DNA of 64,000 bases, taken from positions 456-64,455 of the forward strand of contig CAVWGC010000001.1 of the NCBI GenBank assembly GCA_963754515.1, in the 5' to 3' direction. This DNA is from an uncultured delta proteobacterium. GTDB lineage: Bacteria > Desulfobacterota > Syntrophia > Syntrophales > Fen-1087. Positions 60,732 to 64,000 of the stretch are shown here, in pieces. Below the pieces are notes generated by a model that saw nothing but the letters and a program-made list of their open reading frames with translations, searched no databases and was not told where the DNA came from. The stretch's first letter is position 1. Each line of letters begins with the position of its first letter. The position numbers and the translations under genes were made by a program.

Positions 60732-62089
60732 GCAAAATACTCCAGTTTTACCGTCAGCAGTTTTTCAAGCTCCGGGATCACCTGCTGGAGTGCGATAATA
60801 ATCAGCCGGTCATGGGGAAGGATCACCGTATCTCCCCTGGGGATAATGATGTCTTCCCCCCGGACAACCGCCGCCAGAATCGCCCCCTCGGGGAATTTCA
60901 CGTCTTTCAGGGGTGTATTGACGATATCCGACGTCTCCAGGGCTTCGGCTTCGAGGGCTTCCGCATGTTCGTCCCGAAGGGGCGCCACGGAGATGATCTT
61001 GCCCTGGCGGATGTATTGAAGAATGGCCCGCACAGCGGCCATCCTCGGATTGATCACGGTATCCAGGCCGATGTCGGACACGACGGGGATGTAACTGAGC
61101 TTACTGACCCGGGTAATGGTCCGTCTGGCCCCCATACCCTTGGCGAGTAAAGAAATGAGAATATTGCTTTCTTCATCCCCCGTCAAGGCGATTAGTAAAT
61201 CCGCATCCCCGACGTTCTCTTCCCGCAGGAGGTCCCGGTCCGTACCGTCTCCCTTGATGGCGATGACGCGCTTGAGCGTCGTCGCCAATTGCTTGCATCG
61301 ATCCGAGTCTTCATCGATCACCTTGACATGCAGGCGCTTTTCACCCAGTGCGGCGGCCAGAGCCATACCGGTTTCACCGGCGCCGACAATGATGACGTTT
61401 GTGATTGGTCGGGCCTTGATCTTCAGGTCTTCCAGCGTACGGTTCACATCGTCGCCCCGGACGACGAAATAGACCAGGTCATGAGGCTGAATGGTGTCCC
61501 GGCCACTCGGAATCAGGATTTTTTGTCCCCGGACAATGGCCCCCACGAGGATGTTGCCCTCCTGTCCCTTGAGAGAACTCAACTGTCGGCCCGCAAAAGG
61601 AGATTCACCGGTAATCAGGAAGCTGATCAGCTTAACCTTCCCCCCCACGAAATCGATGACCTCGGAGGCGCCAGGAACCTCCATGAGCCCCAGGATCGTA
61701 TCGACCATCATCGCACGGGTGTTGATGATCAGATCTATCCCCAGGAGTTCCTTGCGGAACAGGTCTTTTTCAGCCAGATATTCCCGGTTCTTGACCCGGG
61801 CGATCTTGATCATATGCCGGTTGAGATGCCTCGCCAGCAGGCAGGCGATGAGGTTCACCTCGTCGCTGTCTGTGGCCGCCACGAGCATCTCGGCTTCCTC
61901 GATGCCCGCATCCCGGAGCATCTGCGGGCTGGTTCCGGAACCCCAGATGGTCTGAACGTCGATATTTTCGCTGATCCGCTTGATTTTCTTCGGATCCTTG
62001 TCAATCAACACCACATCCTGATTTTCTTCAGAGAGCTGCTTGGCGATAGAATAACCGACTTCCCCGGCGCCTACGATGATGATGCGCAT
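60728..62089 (-). CDS. trkA: Trk system NAD-binding component TrkA (two RCK-N/RCK-C pairs)
   Basis: MRIIIVGAGEVG and VIIVGAGETG Rossmann motifs. 453 aa. Confidence 0.9.
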   Translation of the reverse strand: MRIIIVGAGEVGYSIAKQLSEENQDVVLIDKDPKKIKRISENIDVQTIWGSGTSPQMLRDAGIEEAEMLVAATDSDEVNLIACLLARHLNRHMIKIARVKNREYLAEKDLFRKELLGIDLIINTRAMMVDTILGLMEVPGASEVIDFVGGKVKLISFLITGESPFAGRQLSSLKGQEGNILVGAIVRGQKILIPSGRDTIQPHDLVYFVVRGDDVNRTLEDLKIKARPITNVIIVGAGETGMALAAALGEKRLHVKVIDEDSDRCKQLATTLKRVIAIKGDGTDRDLLREENVGDADLLIALTGDEESNILISLLAKGMGARRTITRVSKLSYIPVVSDIGLDTVINPRMAAVRAILQYIRQGKIISVAPLRDEHAEALEAEALETSDIVNTPLKDVKFPEGAILAAVVRGEDIIIPRGDTVILPHDRLIIIALQQVIPELEKLLTVKLEYFA

Positions 62090-62151
62090 CCACTGCCTCC
62101 TGAATTCATGATATTCCGGCTTTCTCGCATCCCCCGTTTCGCTCGGTGTGT

Positions 62152-62180
62152 TTTATATCCCGACTTCTGTATTTCGTCAA
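62152..62180 (-). promoter_or_regulatory. Sigma70-like promoter for trkA-trkH
   Basis: On the reverse strand: TTGACG (62175-62180), 17-nt spacer, TATAAA (62152-62157). Leader of about 65 nt with AGGAGG. Confidence 0.5.
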
Positions 62181-62200
62181 GCGTGACGGCTTGCTTTTTC

Positions 62201-62229
62201 TTGACACACAGACGCCTTCCCCTTATATA
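62201..62229 (+). promoter_or_regulatory. Sigma70-like promoter for the glycerate dehydrogenase gene
   Basis: TTGACA at 62201-62206, 17-nt spacer, TATATA at 62224-62229. Confidence 0.5.
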
Positions 62230-62271
62230 TCAGCCGTATAAAAAAGCAAGTCCACGAAAGGTTATAATAAA

Positions 62272-63258
62272 ATGACCCGGAAAATTCTTGTAACAGGGCG
62301 ACTGCCCGATGACGTCCTGTCCGTCCTTGCCGAGCAATACGAGGTGGAATCCCAGCATGAAGACCGCCCCATGGAACGGCGGCGCCTGCTCGACACCGTC
62401 GGCGACAAGGAAGGACTGCTGTGCATGATCACGGACAGCATTGACGAAGAACTCCTGAGTCATGCCCCCCTCCTGAAGATGATCGCGAACATGGGCGTGG
62501 GCTACAATAATATCGACGTCCGGGCGGCGACCACCCGCGGAATCCCCGTCTCCAACACGCCGGGCGTGCTGACGGAAGCCACGGCCGATCTGGCCTTCAC
62601 GCTGCTGCTGGCCATCGCCCGGCGCGTGGTGGAGGGAGATCGGCGCGTGCGGGCCGGTGAATTCCGGTTCTGGGCGCCTTTTCTTTTTTTGGGCCGGGAG
62701 GTATCCGGCAAGACCCTCGGCATCATCGGCATGGGACGAATCGGAAAAGCCGTCGCGCAGCGCGCCCGGGGCTTTGACATGCCGGTGATGTATCACAACC
62801 GCTCCCGCATTGAATCCGCAGAGGAAGACAGACTGGGCGCCGGATATGTATCTATGGAAGAGCTGTTGCGGAAATCCGATTTTGTCTCGCTGCATGTTCC
62901 GCTCATGGCGGAAACCAGACATCTGATCGGCCGCAAGGAACTCGCCCTCATGAAACCTACGGCTTATCTGATCAACACGTCCCGGGGATCCATAGTGGAT
63001 GAACAGGCGCTGCTGGCGGCCATACAGGCAGGTCAAATCGCCGGCGCGGCGCTGGACGTTTATGAGCACGAACCAGCCCTCACAAAGGGACTGACACTGC
63101 TCGATAATGTGATCCTGCTGCCCCACGTGGGCAGCGCGACGCTGGAAACACGCACGCGCATGGCCTCCATGGCAGCGCAGAATCTGATCGCCGGACTGAG
63201 CGGGCAGACGCCGCCAAACCTCGTCAATCCGGAAGTTTTTGCGACCGGGTCGCAGTAA
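62272..63258 (+). CDS. D-isomer-specific 2-hydroxyacid dehydrogenase (glyoxylate/hydroxypyruvate reductase, D-glycerate dehydrogenase type)
   Basis: GIIGMGRIGKAVA NAD motif, the catalytic R...E...H pattern (NTSRG...PHVGSAT), and N-terminus MTRKILVTG. Confidence 0.85.
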   Translation: MTRKILVTGRLPDDVLSVLAEQYEVESQHEDRPMERRRLLDTVGDKEGLLCMITDSIDEELLSHAPLLKMIANMGVGYNNIDVRAATTRGIPVSNTPGVLTEATADLAFTLLLAIARRVVEGDRRVRAGEFRFWAPFLFLGREVSGKTLGIIGMGRIGKAVAQRARGFDMPVMYHNRSRIESAEEDRLGAGYVSMEELLRKSDFVSLHVPLMAETRHLIGRKELALMKPTAYLINTSRGSIVDEQALLAAIQAGQIAGAALDVYEHEPALTKGLTLLDNVILLPHVGSATLETRTRMASMAAQNLIAGLSGQTPPNLVNPEVFATGSQ

Positions 63259-63269
63259 AAGTAATCATT

Positions 63270-63407
63270 TGAAAAATGGTTCGCAAGCGGCGAATCAAAG
63301 ATTTTTCGCATTTCCGGAAATCAGGCTAATTTATTTATTCCGACATATTCAAGCATTCTCATATTTCAAGCGAAAAAGATTTTGAGCCGCGGCGAAGCCA
63401 TTTTTCA
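63270..63407. repeat. Repeat family R3 (138 bp)
   Basis: Same about 30-bp inverted ends as 18039-18177, with a divergent interior. Confidence 0.85.
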
Positions 63408-63414
63408 TCGGTTT

Positions 63415-64000
63415 CTATGAGTTGATGCGTTGGAGGATGGCCCCGAAAAATCCGTCTGTGCCGTGAAGATCGGGGCGGGTCTTGAAAAAACCTTCGTCCG
63501 TTACCATCGACAAAGGGATGATGTCGGGCGGACGGAGACACCGGAAATCCGCGTGACGGGAAATGAAATCCTTAATCACCGCTTCATTCTCCCCGGGCAT
63601 CACGGAGCAGGTGCAGTAAACGAGGCGGCCGCCCTGCCGCAGGCATCCGGCAACAAAGCCAAGCAGTCTTTTCTGCAAATCTGCATGACGCTGGAGATCC
63701 TGCGCAGTGATGCGCCATTTGATCTCCGGGTTCCGCCGCAGCGTCCCGATGCCGGAACAGGGCACATCCAGCAAAATTCCGTCAAAGGCGCCCCGGAAGG
63801 CCTCGCCGGGTTCTTCCCGGAGATCCTTCACCAGCGGCTCCACAATGACGATCCCCAGCCTTTCGGCGTTTTCCCGCAACGCCTTTACTTTCTGCCTGCT
63901 GATGTCCACGGCCGTGACTGTCCCCTGATTTTGCATGATTTCGGCAAGATACGAAGCCTTTACGCCTGCACCGGCACAGGCATCCAGGATTTTTTCTCCG
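63415..64000 (-). CDS. RsmB/NOP2/Sun-family RNA cytosine-C5 methyltransferase, C-terminal part (gene continues past the right edge)
   Basis: ILLDVPCSGIGTLRRNPEIKW and VYCTCS motifs. The frame stays open upstream of the track start to position 64000 (GEKILDACAGAGVKASYLAEI). Confidence 0.85.
   Translation of the reverse strand, partial: GEKILDACAGAGVKASYLAEIMQNQGTVTAVDISRQKVKALRENAERLGIVIVEPLVKDLREEPGEAFRGAFDGILLDVPCSGIGTLRRNPEIKWRITAQDLQRHADLQKRLLGFVAGCLRQGGRLVYCTCSVMPGENEAVIKDFISRHADFRCLRPPDIIPLSMVTDEGFFKTRPDLHGTDGFFGAILQRINS

Noticed and set aside
62090-62151. c-di-AMP (ydaO-type) riboswitch in the trkA leader.
   Set aside because: With the promoter at 62152-62180, the leader is only about 65 nt, far shorter than that riboswitch class. 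It shows none of its pseudo-twofold helices.
1-64000. tRNA, rRNA, tmRNA, RNase P RNA or 6S RNA genes.
   Set aside because: Scanning the intergenic regions by eye for T-loop (GTTCRANYC) and other hallmark motifs found nothing convincing. A covariance-model scan would be needed for certainty.

Overview
A 64-kb chromosomal segment from a high-GC, apparently anaerobic bacterium. Gene content looks Desulfobacterota/deltaproteobacterium-like, but that is inference only. No rRNA, tRNA or CRISPR was seen by eye.

Layout:
- 1-5.6 kb: accessory stretch of toxin-antitoxin and defence-type modules (Phd, Phd-VapC, DUF4143 ATPase, HicAB, nucleotidyltransferase pair, VanZ-LamG protein), punctuated by related GGGACA-core repeats.
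- 5.6-22 kb: housekeeping genes. PAS-GGDEF, purE, tsaC, hpt, a fused radical-SAM protein, rplU-rpmA-csp-obg-proB, ogt, mntP, uvrC, uvrB.
- 22-27 kb: rpmH-rnpA-yidD-yidC-jag-mnmE.
- 27-31.6 kb: stand-alone GuaA ATP-pyrophosphatase protein, DapA-like aldolase, class-V aminotransferase, PanE-like reductase.
- 31.7-36 kb: a decayed IS, then a visibly AT-richer pair (CoA-transferase-GNAT fusion, cytidylate-kinase-like protein) next to an ADP-forming acyl-CoA synthetase.
- 38.4-43.4 kb: XRE-cupin regulator plus a 2-oxoacid:ferredoxin oxidoreductase operon whose delta ferredoxin is fused to a GltD-like flavoprotein.
- 43.6-50.4 kb: two CPA2-RCK antiporters, a nitroreductase, cstA.
- 50.4-53.6 kb: ArsA/Get3-like ATPase locus including a membrane protein that looks CCDC47/DUF1682-like.
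- 53.7-63.3 kb: osmoadaptation-like region. Broken Na+/H+ antiporter, GT-GT-HAD phosphatase cluster, trkH-trkA, glycerate dehydrogenase.
- The window ends in a partial rsmB-like gene.

At least six short repeat families litter the intergenic DNA. Seven frame-disrupting lesions (hicA, mntP, uvrB, transposase x2, antiporter x2) need read-level verification. All product calls come from recognising motifs by eye. No searches were run.
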